The notes under the pieces were generated by a model, which was not told where the DNA came from, made no database searches, and saw only the letters and a list, made by a program, of their open reading frames with translations. Positions 1 to 12,216 of a DNA stretch of 64,000 bases are shown here, one piece after another. Source of the stretch: Hormiphora californensis (lineage: Eukaryota; Animalia; Ctenophora); assembly GCA_020137815.1 (NCBI GenBank), contig CM035360.1, forward strand, positions 1,240,001-1,304,000, given 5' to 3'. The stretch's first letter is position 1. Each line of letters starts with the position of its first letter. A program made the position numbers and the translations under genes.

Positions 1-821
1 ACGTTATCAGTAGAAATATAATTTACTAGAAAACACCGCCAACCGTCTGTCTGTCTGTCTGAATCAGCAATGGAGAAGGAGAGCTAATGGGATTTGCTAA
101 GTTCAGCTTGTGGGAAATGGGATTGAAGACCGATTAAATAGAGAGATGTAAAAAATAATATTGTCTGTCTGTCTGTATGACATAGAAGTCTATCTGTCAG
201 TATTGTGCCTTATCTGGAGAGGAGAACGTTTCATCTAACCTTTAATACGAATACAAAACTCTGGAGATAGTGGGACCACTAACGGTTATGAATATAAGAA
301 GGTTGTACATTAAGAATCTATCTGAATTTTCAAAACCAATTAAAAATAAATAGTATTTCAAATATTCAGATCTATCTATTGTATTATCTAAAGACAACTC
401 AAAGACTCTGAAACTCTCCAACTCTCTCCAGTCTCCACTCTCATCTCTATCGGTCTATCTCTACACTCCTCCTCGCAAGACTCTCGGACTCACAGTAAAT
501 TCATGTTGTCACACTTACTGGTTGGAACCCATGAAGAACAAAGATACTAGATAATATTATATAATAACTTGTTGAGTACTCAAAAAATAATAACAGCATG
601 CATAATCACTATCAGTGATATCTAAATAAATACTTTACTTTTTATTCGTTTTCATTGTTTTCTACAGGATAAACTGATAATGTCCGAGAATTCAACTAAT
701 CAATTAAATTCCGTCTGGTTAGCATCCTCTCGCTAACGTTGACCTCTTAATAACATTGAGCTCCATTATAAGGCTCTATCATGATATAAGGCTCTATAAT
801 AAATACAGCAAACTGGTTGTT

Positions 822-3800
822 TCATGATCTAATCCAGTTAACTATTTTAGCTCTCACAGATGGGTTCGCAAAATAATAAACAACACAATCACACAGGGGT
901 ACACTATAGTAACAGGTCACTAAGATAACCTGTGCAGTAAAATAATTGAATTGGATACCTTGCTGAAGTAAAAAATCCGGAATTGCAGTTGACATATTGG
1001 ATAGACAAATCAGGAAACTGAGTTTTAACAGTTTAGCACAAGCCCTCCCGTTGAAGTAGACAGTCAGGAAGATGGCTAAGTAGAGGAGAATGGAGATGAA
1101 GAATGGTATGATGTCCATGACGATGGGGATTAGACTGGTGTTGATGATAAGTGATCCATCCCAAACACATCGGTGGTACTTCTGTTTGTAGATTATCTAG
1201 GGAGGGGGGTTTTGATAAATCTGGGGGATGCACGTTTTGGTGGGCGGACTCTAGTGCTAAACTGCTAACGGACTCTTTATCTAAATCCAAGGCGGACTCT
1301 ATATCTAAAAACGGATTTTTTATCTACAGTTAGACTGTGAAAAAATAAAGAGTTTTTATTTTATAGGAGGATTTTTCTGGTGTATCTGGTATGGGATTGC
1401 GCTTGTAGTTGTACTGTTTCACCGCGCCCCGCAGGGCACATATATAATATATAATAGAAGGGTTAGAACATAACAAATATGCGAGTAGTTTATTTGAAAT
1501 GGGAAGGGGGAGTGGTTGAAATTTAGAAAAAAGAGACTATACCTTGGACAGTCCAAGTTGCAAGGTAGTTACCCTGATAACGGTCATAACAAGGGTTGGT
1601 CCATATGCAATTGTTATCATTACCACCTCAAAAACCCATGAACCCTTTAATTTTCGGTGTCGTATTAAGGGCATTACCACCGCTAAAAACCTGTCTACCG
1701 ATATCGGTACAATAACCAGCATCTGACTACCCCTTAGAGTGTCGGATTTTGAAATAATCTTTCCACTTCCATCTTTACTACACGTATTTTTTCACGCTGA
1801 TTCCGAATCTGTCATTTATTTTGATCTACGACCACGTCTTCCCCTGGAGACGCCCTCCTGAATGAATTGCTTGTGCGTCGCGTTGCAGTGCTGTCACTAT
1901 GCGCTCTCTCTCGCCAATTAGCTGCGCTCGCAAATTTACACACAGCTGTGTCACCTGAGATGGATCTCAACGGAGTTGCTGTCTTCTCAGTTCGGTAATT
2001 TCGAGAACAAACACTTGTAACTTGGTGGCATAAAATAAAGTAATATCTCAATCTCATCTCTCAAGCAAACTTCACAGAAGCTAAAAACTGTAATCTGTTA
2101 AATAAAACAGGTTGTAAATTATACATGTTGTCACGCATGTTACACATAAATAGGTTAAAATTGTCTCTATGTTCTATAAAAGTCCCTCTGCCTGATCCAT
2201 GCGACGTTGTAGTTTTCCTACACGAACCTTCCCTGGGTTCTCCTCTCGGTTCCGTTTGATTGCCAGGGCCATACCCACTTGCCTCATATGCCCGGTGATG
2301 CGGTCGACACACTTGGATGTGAGGGCCACGTTCCGTTCCACGTGTTATATCTCATCGAAAAATAGGTCAAAATGGTTAATCTAACAAAAACAGTGTTACA
2401 TAGAGATTAGAGAATTGTCAGGAAAAATGTTTGCCTGACAATTATCTACAACACTGTTTTTGTTAGAACCATTTTGACCTATTTTTTGATGAAATATGAT
2501 CAATTTAATGGAGCCCCGTCAAGACTCAAAATCGCAGGTCACGCAAGGACAGTAGAACACCCTGTACTACAATATGATGATAACATACTAAGCTAGACAG
2601 GCCACTGTAATAGGAATTGTTGGCTGTTGGTTGAGGGTAAGACACAGACCACAGTGATATCTTACGTTTGTATTGCATTAAACTAAACACACACAGTACG
2701 TGAAAGGCACACCCCACTCAAAGCTAAGCCACTTGAATTCCGTATCGTGATATATATGAATCGTGTAATTGAATCGTACATCGGGCCAGCTCTAATTGAC
2801 AGTGCCATACACCCAGATATCAAGGATTTTCACAAGTTGGTATGGGCTATGGCTGCATCGAGTTGGTATGGAAGCGTTATAGAGACTTTAATACCCTCCA
2901 TACCAACTCTCTAAATATAATCTATGAGTTGGTATGGAGGTCACTGAACCTCACAAAACGCTTCCATACCAACACCCTCCATACCTATGTGGTATGGGGG
3001 ATGTTGGTATGGAGGTTGTTGGCATGTAAGTGTGGAACCATAATAACTACCATTTTTACAATCGAAATATCGAATCTCTTTCTCGAAGCACGTGATTTGT
3101 CACGTGTTGAAGACATAACCCCGCTAAAAGTGAATGAGATTGGGCACTTCCTACTCACCCTAATGATTTTATATTAGATGGCCTAACTGGGTATTTCTCC
3201 TTTTAGATCTTTTTTCCTGTTGTTTGGTTCGTGATTCCAGCCCAGGTTGAGTTTCAGGAAATATCGATATTTCCTGAAACTCAACCTGGAATTACGAACC
3301 AAGCAACAGGTCCAATTCATTAGCAAATGATCAATTGATGATGGATTGGATCTTAATTGTCTTGGCGTTTAAACTCAAAATTTCTGACCGCTGAGCAGCT
3401 TCGTTGAGATCCATCTCAGCTCAGGTGGCACAGTTGTGTGTAAATTTGCAAGCGCAGCTAATTGGCGAGAGAGAGCGCATAGTGACAGCACTGCAACGCG
3501 ACGCACAAGCAATTCATTCAGGAGGGCGTCTCCAGGGGATGACGTGGTCGTAGATCAAAATAAATGACAGATTCGGAATCAGCGTGAAAAAATACGTCTA
3601 GTAAAGATGGAAGTGGAAAGATTATTTCAAAATCCGACACTCTACTACCCCTGCAAGATATGTTAATTTAGGAACTATTGATATCTGGAAGTTGGGCTAT
3701 TATACTAGACAGTAAGGGAAAATCACGACATTATATCAATTGAAGAATGATTTGTTGGAATAATAATGCGTCGTGTAACTGTAAATACCATATGCATACA

Positions 3801-4328
3801 AAATGTCCCAAAAGGGTATAGATTTTACAAAAGTTGTTTGAAGTTGTCTTGCCATCCTCGATATCCCAAATATCACTGGTTAGAATGCCTATACCACGAA
3901 TAGTTCCCACTACCGATACTAGCACGTTCGTCAGCATAAGCAGTAAGATGCATCTTACATGTAGAGATTCTGGCCGGGGGGGGGGTATTGGCTGATCAAG
4001 TCTGGTACAAAAATTTAGCCGCGTCAACAACAGATCAGCTAAATTTTGAAAATAACAACTCAATTAATTAACTAAACCAGTTACCTGACTGCCTGGTAAT
4101 CGTAACCGTGCTGTAATTATGTTGAATGATATGAAGGCAGCCCCAACTGTACCCGTTAGCCCTATACCAGTTATTACTGCACCCTATAATAGTTGAGAGA
4201 GGAAAATTAAATTTAAATTGAAGGGATAAAATTATAAAGATTAAAATTGTACTCACATTAATAAGTCTGAATTTACAAACAGGGATGGTATCATTGACAC
4301 AGTCGTTATAACTAATATTGTAGGACAT
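822..4328 (-). CDS. Orphan class A (rhodopsin-type) GPCR, 5 exons
   Basis: Exons 4328-4257, 4183-4085, 3991-3789, 1733-1543, 1196-822 join in frame at GT-AG sites: MSYNISYND..GAVITGIGLTGTVG(TM1)..LLLMLTNVLVSVVG(TM2)..FCKIY..WGSQMLVIVPISVDRFLAV(TM3)..YHRCVW..DCVVYYFANPSVR. The exon 3 acceptor is the least certain. Confidence 0.85.
1735..3644. mobile_element. Non-autonomous hAT-like DNA transposon
   Basis: About 245-bp terminal inverted repeats starting TAGAGTGTCGGATTTTG; perfect 8-bp target duplication CTACCCCT at 1727-1734 and 3645-3652; no transposase ORF; internal hairpins near 2348-2498 and 3216-3310. Confidence 0.9.
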
Positions 4329-4926
4329 GTTCCATAAAACCTATTAACAATTGAATGGGATAAATTATTTAATTAATATAATAAAGACTAACTGGAACTA
4401 AAATAATAAAATGGATAGTATAATAAGGTACGTAGAACTATAGTTCCATTTTAGTGAGGGCCATATTATATTTGACGCATGCCTGGGACAAAAAAAAGTG
4501 AAACGAAATGTAATGCAACAATTGAAAAATTAAATGGTGCCTTCAGGAAGCATGTGAAACCTTTACTAAATCTGGGTATCCGACATCCGTAGGTAAAAAG
4601 TGAAGGTATCAAAATGTGTAGCATTTTTGCATTTTGTGTGTTTTAAAGGAAGAGAGAGAAATCAACTATGCTGTTTGATACTCAATGAGTCAATGCTGTG
4701 TTGCTGTCCGGCACCGCAGACCCCATCTGAGCGCATTGAGAATCAAGTCGGGATACTACTGAGTCGGGATACTGAGTCTGAGAAAATAAAAATGAAGTAT
4801 GAACAATTCAACTATATAGATCATCTAATTTGCCACAAGATTGGCGGGGCATGAGATGACAAAATTTGTGTGAAGAAGAAGACAAAAGTAAACCACATAA
4901 TTGTAATTGTCCAACAATAAACTCAT

Positions 4927-5812
4927 TAGGGTCAGCGCACAGGGGGAAAACAGTCGTGCCTACAAACCTCAGGTCAAGTACACGGCTATTTTCCACTGAG
5001 ACCTGAGACAAACTGAATATGTAGTGGCACTAACTACTAACTACAACCAAAGTGTTATAGCTCATTAGCTCTCCTCTCCCCACTGCGACACTACTATCTA
5101 GTATACTAGATTGTATATAGTACATAACGTTCTGCACGCAGTGCAAGCGCGCCATATACGCTCTGCACTGCAGAGCGTATATGGAGGTGAAATGCACGAC
5201 AGCGGAGCTGGAGTGCATTTCACACCTATATTGCACGAGTGAAACGAGTGCGATATAGGGGCGCTTGCACATGCCGTGCAGGACGTTATTGAGTATATAT
5301 TCCGCGAGAAAACACATGACAAGCAAAACAATCATAATTTTGGGTGGTTACACACACAGAGATGTGACAAAACAAGGTCCAAACTAAGCAAAAACACACT
5401 CAAAAATACTAACAGACACTACTGCAACTCTTACACACAAGGGAAACAATGTCTGATAGTTTGAAACAGTGAAAAGAAGAGAAGATAAGAGAGGTGCGAG
5501 AGAGGGAGATGGAATTCTTGGAAATAGCAACAACAAAACTGATAGGGATTTTAGGTGAGAGAAAAGGGAGAGTGAGGTAATTTGACAGACCCTTTGTGTC
5601 GTGTAGTACTTGTCAGTCATATTCTGTGTGTTTTTGTGTGATAAGGGGTAAAAACACGCGAGAACACATTTCTTACTTATATCCCGCTCCCTCTATCTCT
5701 GCACGCTCCCGCGGAAAGCACGTGCAATATTTCAGCGTGCAATGGTCCGCGCACAGCGGAGTTGAGTATGTGCCCTCGCGGTAATCACTGCACTGGCAAG
5801 TGCCCTGGCCTA
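4927..5812. mobile_element. Probable MITE-like insertion
   Basis: Imperfect inverted ends TAGGGTCAGCGCAC / GTGCCCTGGCCTA; similarity to the paralogous segment at 11300-11457 stops at its left end. Confidence 0.4.
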
Positions 5813-7035
5813 ATGGGGGTCTGGGGGCAAAGCCCCAGCACGAAAAACATCCACCCCTTCTAAGGTCATCCTAGAACATTATAAAATCAATCTGAAAGGA
5901 TAAACTCGGCGCGGAAAATTAATTTCGCCGATCCGGGGCCATTGCAGTATACCATATACTGAATGTGACTTTCGCCCCTTTTCGAGCGTCTATTTAACCA
6001 TGTTTCCCGACAAGCTAGCACGCTTGAATGTTGTATGTAAAGCTACTCAATTGATATCTATAGTGTTTAAAATGTCAAGTGGATCGATGGTTTCGTTCAA
6101 AAGTTACGAGGGGGGTCCCAAACGCTTGCTCTGTATATACATCATACATCACTGCGCTGGCAAGCGCAAAGGTTGCCATTCCCCCCCCCCCCCCCTCAAA
6201 AAGCGCCGCCAGAAACGCTAGTTATCGTTTTATGGGTGTTTGTGCTGAAAATCCAGATTTCAGAAGGCTATAGCGTGGCTCCCTTTCATCCGTTTGGCTT
6301 GAAATTTGGAATGTATACCCGGCTTGGGGTCTTTGACTCAAGTTCAAAATTTCAAGTCTCTATCTCATCTGGAACCGAAGTTACAGACAGGTCCCATTTG
6401 CCCTAAATTCAGTGTAACAGGCATGCGCGCGCGCACGCGCGTAGGAGAGACGCTTTTTATAAGTGAATGTGTCGCCAACGAAAGAGATAGAGACTTCATC
6501 TTTTCACAGCTGGTAGATCTACTGGATGTGTGTGCATTAGTCGTAGTGGGGTCCCTTTTCATCGCCAGGAACGTCCTACAGAACGTCTTAAAGTCGTCAT
6601 TTTTCAGACTCTAACCAAAATTCTTTGAGCTCAATTAACACCCTGAAGACGGATTCTAATCGAAAATTTAAGACTATATCATGGAAAGAGAATTGTCTGA
6701 ACTTTCAGAAACTATATTGTGAATTTTGAAAACCAGACGTATAAGGGTCTTAAAACGCGTCGGAAGTGTTATGACTGTTTAAAAACAGATATGACGTTAT
6801 GGGTTTTCTCGCTATAGCGACTCAATCTCATCCAATCGATCTCAAACTTGGTCAGTATCTTCATCTAGGTGGTCCCGATAATATGACGTCATAATTTGAC
6901 GTTACAACGTCGTGACGTCATTTTATGACGTCAAAATGACGTCAAAATGAAAATTTCTCAATTTCGCGATTCTAACCTCTCTGTACCTATTCTACTAAAT
7001 CTACATGGATAAAAAATCCCAAAAATGATGCAAAT

Positions 7036-7232
7036 TATACCAAAACTAATTGAAATTAGTAGGCCGGAAAGGTTGCCTTACGATTTGAGCTACCTTTGGC
7101 ACTGGTTCATTCCCTTTTGAAGATAACCGAAGCATCTGTAACCTGTCTATACCCCGTGAAAGTTACGGTGCCTAAGGTAGCTCAAATCGTAAGGCAACCT
7201 TTCGGCCTACTAATTTCAATTAGTTTTGGTAT
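7036..7232. repeat. Fold-back inverted repeat with about 65-bp arms
   Basis: TATACCAAAACTAATTGAAATTAGTAGGCCG..GGCAC and its reverse complement at about 7169-7232. Confidence 0.8.
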
Positions 7233-7298
7233 AATACATAATACATACATACGCACGACCTTTTTACAACCAAACTGAGCAAAACGGCTGGATTTAGA

Positions 7299-8190
7299 GC
7301 TTTTTGTCCCGGGGAAGACCCCCCATAAATCGACTATCTACATGTCGTAGGCTATGTAAAATTTTGATTTGAGCATGGGAAGTCATTAATATGCATAATT
7401 TATGTATAATTTTATGATTATCTCGGTATTGGTTGTTGTAAGGACATTTCAAAGGACATATTTCGACGCAGAAGAGTCGATTTATGGGGGGTCGTCCCCG
7501 GGACAAAAAGTCGTATCTCGCACCGTTTAGCCGTTATTTGCATACTTATGCGCAGAATCATGATTTAATGCATATTCTGAATATTTCCACTTCAGATGGT
7601 CCTAGAACGTTTTCATGGACATATTTCGACGCAGAAGAGTCGATTTATGGGGGGTCGTCCCCCGGACAAAAAGTCGTATCTCGCACCTTTAGCCGTTATA
7701 TGCTATTTATGCACTGATTCATGATTTAATGCATATTCTGAATATTTCCACTTCAACTGGTCCTAGAATGTTTTCATGGACATATTTCGACGTAGAATAG
7801 TCGATTTATGGGGGTCGTCCCCGGACAAAAAGTCGTATCTCGCACCGTTTAGCCGTTATTTGCATATTTATGCGCAGATTCATGATTTATGCATATTCTG
7901 AATTTTCCACTTCAAATGGTCCTAGAACGTTTTCATGGACATATTTCGACGCAGAAGAGTCGATTTATGGGGGGCGTCCCCCGGACAAAAGTCGTATCTC
8001 GCACCGTTTAGCCGTTATATGGATATTTATGCACTGATTCATGATTTAATGCATATTCTGAATTTCCACTTCAGCTGGTCCTAGAATGTTTTCATGGACA
8101 TATTTCGACGTAGAATAGTCGATTTATGGGGGGTCGTCCCCCGGACAAAAAGTGTATCTCGCACCGTTTAGCCGTATTTGCATATTTATG
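7299..8190. repeat. About 160-bp tandem repeat, 5 copies, plus one inverted partial copy
   Basis: CATATTTCGAC recurs at 7457, 7620, 7781, 7940 and 8099; an inverted fragment lies at about 7299-7340. Confidence 0.9.
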
Positions 8191-8215
8191 TTACCTGTTT
8201 ACAAAACCCTGAGAA

Positions 8216-8463
8216 ACTAGACCAAAAAACAAAGGAAATTTGTTTGGAACACCCGTGGCCTTTTTCGATACTTGACGCTGCGGGAAATGCACCCTTCGTC
8301 AGAGCAAGAGTGAGAGAAAGTGTGCGTATGTTAGAACTTGGAGAGCGATGGCACAACGATACCTAGTAGTATAGCTCAGATTATGGGTACATTTCCCGCA
8401 GCGTCAAGTATCGAAAAAGGCCACGGGTGTTCCAAACAAATTTCCTTTGTTTTTTGGTCTAGT
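8216..8463. mobile_element. MITE with about 80-bp inverted arms
   Basis: ACTAGACCAAAAAACAAAGG..GGGAAATGCACCC and its near-perfect reverse complement. Confidence 0.75.
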
Positions 8464-8729
8464 ATATTATTATTAAGGATCCCAGTCAGAACTCCCGTCT
8501 CCCACCTCGAATAGAGCTAGGAAATGGAGCCAGGGAAATCCGTATACGCATTGACAGATCATTAATCTGTCAATGCGTAGACGGATTTCATAATTATGTG
8601 CACATAATTATGTGCTTTCTTCGCACAAGAGACATCCTTGGCAGCGAAGCGCATCACGTACCGGTACAGGGGATAGCGCGACTTTCCTAAAAAAAAGAGA
8701 CATCCAGTGCGCAACGTTATCAGTAGAAA

Positions 8730-9128
8730 TCTTAATTATAAAGTACAAATGAGTGGCGTGATGATGATGATGATGGAGTATCCTAGCTTGCAACACTAGC
8801 GTGCAACAATTTGCCCCATTTGCCCGTGCAAATCAAGGGGTTGTTATGGTTGGTGGGCAAGGGTGTGAATACTGCACGTGCATGTTGTTTATTGTTTGTT
8901 GTGTGTTCCTGCGGTGTTTTGCCATCTACTGTTGCTGCCCCGATGAATACCAAAGCGTTTCTAACTACGTACCCCCGTTAACTACTCTACACAGCTACAA
9001 TTCTACGGATGTTTATCACCTAATTCGACACGTTTCAAGCGGCTCTCTTCTGATCACCCTTGATGTTCATCACCATCCCTCTACCACTCTACCAACCTCC
9101 ATATTCTTCAGCCCGACACGGACATGAT

Positions 9129-9186
<58 letters not shown>

Positions 9187-9229
9187 AGAGAGACAGAGAG
9201 AGAGAGACTGAGAGATAGAGCGAAAGATA

Positions 9230-9267
<38 letters not shown>

Positions 9268-10145
9268 AGAGAGAGAAGAGAGAAGAAGAGAGATGAAAGA
9301 GAGATAAAAGACACAAGGAGATAAAGAGGATAGAGAGAGTGAGAACAGAAAAGGAGAGAGACAGAGAAGGGGGATAAGGGAGAAAGCTAGAGAGACACAG
9401 AGAGAGATGGATCGAGAGAGATATAGACATAGGGACAGCGAGAGATATAGATGGACAGAGAGATAGAGACAGAGAGGTAGACAGAAATAGAAAAGATGAG
9501 TAAGGGGGGGGAAGACGAGAAGAGAGAGGAGAGAGAGAGAGAGAGAGAGAGAGACGAGGAGACTCAGAGAAGAGAGAGAGATATCCACAGTAGAAAAGCA
9601 GAGACTGAGAAGAGCGACTCCGAGAGGCATCGGAGGATCGAGAAGAGCTCTCAGTTGTTCTCCGGGGTTCAACAACGGGGTTCAACCAACGGGCTTTCTA
9701 GATCCTTATTATAAAGTACAAATGAAACGTCGTGATGAGGAGGAGGATGTCACTATCATCACGTGCAATGGTGGGGTTGCCAAGGAGGGGCTTGGGAGGG
9801 TATTGGAGGGGGATACTGCACGTGCATGTTGTTTGTTGTTTATTGCGTGGTTCTGTGGTGTTTCGTGGTGTTTTGGGATCTACTGCTGGGCCGCCATGAT
9901 TGCAAAGCTGTTCTACCTACGTACCCTGTTGACTTTCTACACAGCTACAATTCTACGGATTTCATATCACCTGATTCTACATGTTATTCAGCGGGATTTT
10001 CCTTGATGTTTATTCACCAGCGCTCTACCACTACCAACCTCCGTATTTCTTTACCCCGACATGGAGAGACGAAGATGAGAGGGGGGGGGGCATAGAGACG
10101 GGTGGGGGGGGGGGCTGTTATAGGACTTAACAATGGGCTTTCTAG
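8730..10145 (+). mobile_element. Two head-to-tail non-autonomous Helitrons (8730-9701, 9703-10145)
   Basis: Both begin TC(T/C)T(A/T)ATTATAAAGTACAAATG and end GGGCTTTCTAG; inserted between A and T with no TSD; the empty site is visible at window positions 16/17. Confidence 0.85.
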
Positions 10146-10654
10146 TATAATAATAATAACAAGAAAACACCGCCAACCGTCTAGGTCTGTCTGTCTGAAT
10201 CAGCAATGGAGAGGGAGAGCTAATGGGATTTGCTAAGTTCAGCTTTGGATTGGAAATGGGATCGACGACCGATTAAAGAGAGTTGTAAAAAAAATAATAT
10301 GTCTGTCGTCTGTATGACATAGAAGTCTATCTGTCGTATTGTGCCTATATCGGCGAGAAGGAACGTTTCATTTAACCTTGAACGAATACAAACTCTGGAG
10401 ATAGTGGGACCACAACGGTTATGAATATAAGAAGGTGTACAAGAATCTATCTGAATCTTCAAAACCAATTAAAAAATAAATAGTATTTCAAATATTCAGA
10501 TCTATCTATGTATTATCTAAAGACAACTCAAAGACTCTGAACTCTCCAACTCCTCCAGTCTCCACTCTCATCTCTATCGGTCTATCTCTACACTCCTCCT
10601 CGCAAGACTCTCGGACTCACAGTAAATTTATGTTGCAACACTTACTGGTTGGAA

Positions 10655-11257
10655 CACGGTCGCTTGTAGTGGGAAAACGGTAATGGAAAACGAAGATACA
10701 GTAAGACGACGCGCAACCGTGACCAATCAGGGCGCTAGTACGTGCTGACACATGAACTTTTTGCTGCGCGTTATGCACCGTGCGCGTCTCCTTACTGTAT
10801 TTTGCGTTACCGTATTTTGACTACAAGCAGCACTGTATCTTCAAGAATTTCCAACCTGTGCTATTTCCGAACTATCCTCCATTTAGTTATACTACTCAAA
10901 CACCTTCCGAGATAGGAGCATTTCCATTATGCTCCTATCTCGGAAGGTTGGTTGGTTGGTGACACTAAGCCGACGTTCTACCAAGCTCTTTAAGCGGTGT
11001 GACGCGGTGACTCCCAATACAAACTGACTATCCCAATCACTTGTGTGAAAGAATGGTGCCCCTTGGCTTCCTTACACGGTCGCTTGTAGTGGGAAAACGG
11101 TAATGGAAAACGAAGATACAGTAAGACGACGCGCAACCGTGACCAATCAGGGCGCTAGTACGTGCTGACAAATGAACTTTTTGCCGCGCGTTATGCACCG
11201 TGCGCGTCTCCTTACTGTATTTTGCGTTACCGTATTTTGACTGCAAGCAGCACTGTA
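10655..11257. mobile_element. Two direct copies of an about 180-bp transposon end
   Basis: ACACGGTCGCTTGTAGTGGG..CAGCACTGTA at about 10655-10837 and 11074-11256; the ..CACTG-TA end suggests a Tc1/mariner-type terminus. Confidence 0.55.
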
Positions 11258-11513
11258 AGCTTACTTAGCTTCGTTAGCTAAATGGAGGTACAAGTTCGGA
11301 AATAAAAAATAAAGTATGAACAATTCAATTATATAGATCATCTAATTTGCCTTCTAATCTGCCACAAGATTGGCGGGGCATGAGATGACAAAATTTGTGT
11401 GAAGAAGAAGACAAAAGTAAGCCACATAATTGTAATTGTCCAACAATAAACTCATTGTATATAGATTCAAATTAAAGTTTGTGACGTGCACTCTTTTTGA
11501 ATACTTCAACAAA

Positions 11514-12150
11514 CTAGCGCACCCATTGGGTGCGCCTCAAGTAAGGGCTTTTTGATAACCCACCCGCCCTTTCAACGTCAATAACACGGTTTCCATGGCA
11601 ATTAAAGTGGTAACTATGGGGACTGGCATGTTTAAAGTCATTCGAAAGTATTAACAAACTTCCACTGGAAGTTCCAAAAGTGTGAGCAAGCAACGCTTAC
11701 CAGCTTTTGGTCATATAAATTGTTTTATGAAGGAGCAGGCATTCGCTTAGATACCGCCTAACGAACGGCCATCACTTCGACGTCGTTCATCTCCAAATTA
11801 TAATAGAGACTAGCGCACCCATTGGGTGCGCCTCAAGTTAGGGCTTTTTGATAACCCATCCGGCTTCGCCGGATGGTTCTTTTCGCCCATTTCAAACGTC
11901 AATAACACGGTGCCATGGCACTGAATTGTTGAAATTCATTCGAAAATATAACAAACTCCACTGGAAGTTCCAAAAGTGTGAATAACTCTTTACAGGCTTT
12001 GGTCATATGAAGTGTTTTATGAAGGGGGGCCAGGCTGTCGCTAGATACCGCCTACGAACGACTACACCCTTCCGACGATCTTCATCTCCAAATATAAAGA
12101 GACTAGAAAAGCCCATTGCGAAGTCCTACAATACCCCCCCCCCCCCCCCC
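11514..12150 (-). mobile_element. Tandem non-autonomous Helitrons (11514-11809, 11810-12102, 3' end of a third from 12103)
   Basis: On the minus strand each starts TCTCT(A/T)TT and ends with the hairpin GCGCACCCAATGGGTGCGC overlapping CTAG; the third end matches the 8730 family. Confidence 0.75.
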
Positions 12151-12216
12151 ACCGTACTCATGCCGCCCCCCCACCTCTTACTGATCTCGTCCTGTATTTG
12201 GGGCCCACCTTTTTTC

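Larger units (their letters stand above)
8714..11457 (+). repeat. Second copy (paralog or alternate haplotype) of the 1-4927 segment
   Basis: 8714-8729 matches 1-16; about 10164-10655 matches about 29-527; about 11300-11457 matches about 4783-4927. Confidence 0.85.

Noticed and set aside
9070-9714. ORFs rich in SL/ER dipeptides here and at 13.5, 17.5, 31.9, 33.6, 36.0, 47.6, 49.6 and 60.1 kb
   Set aside because: Translations of (GA)n, (GACA)n and (GAGAGT)n microsatellites.
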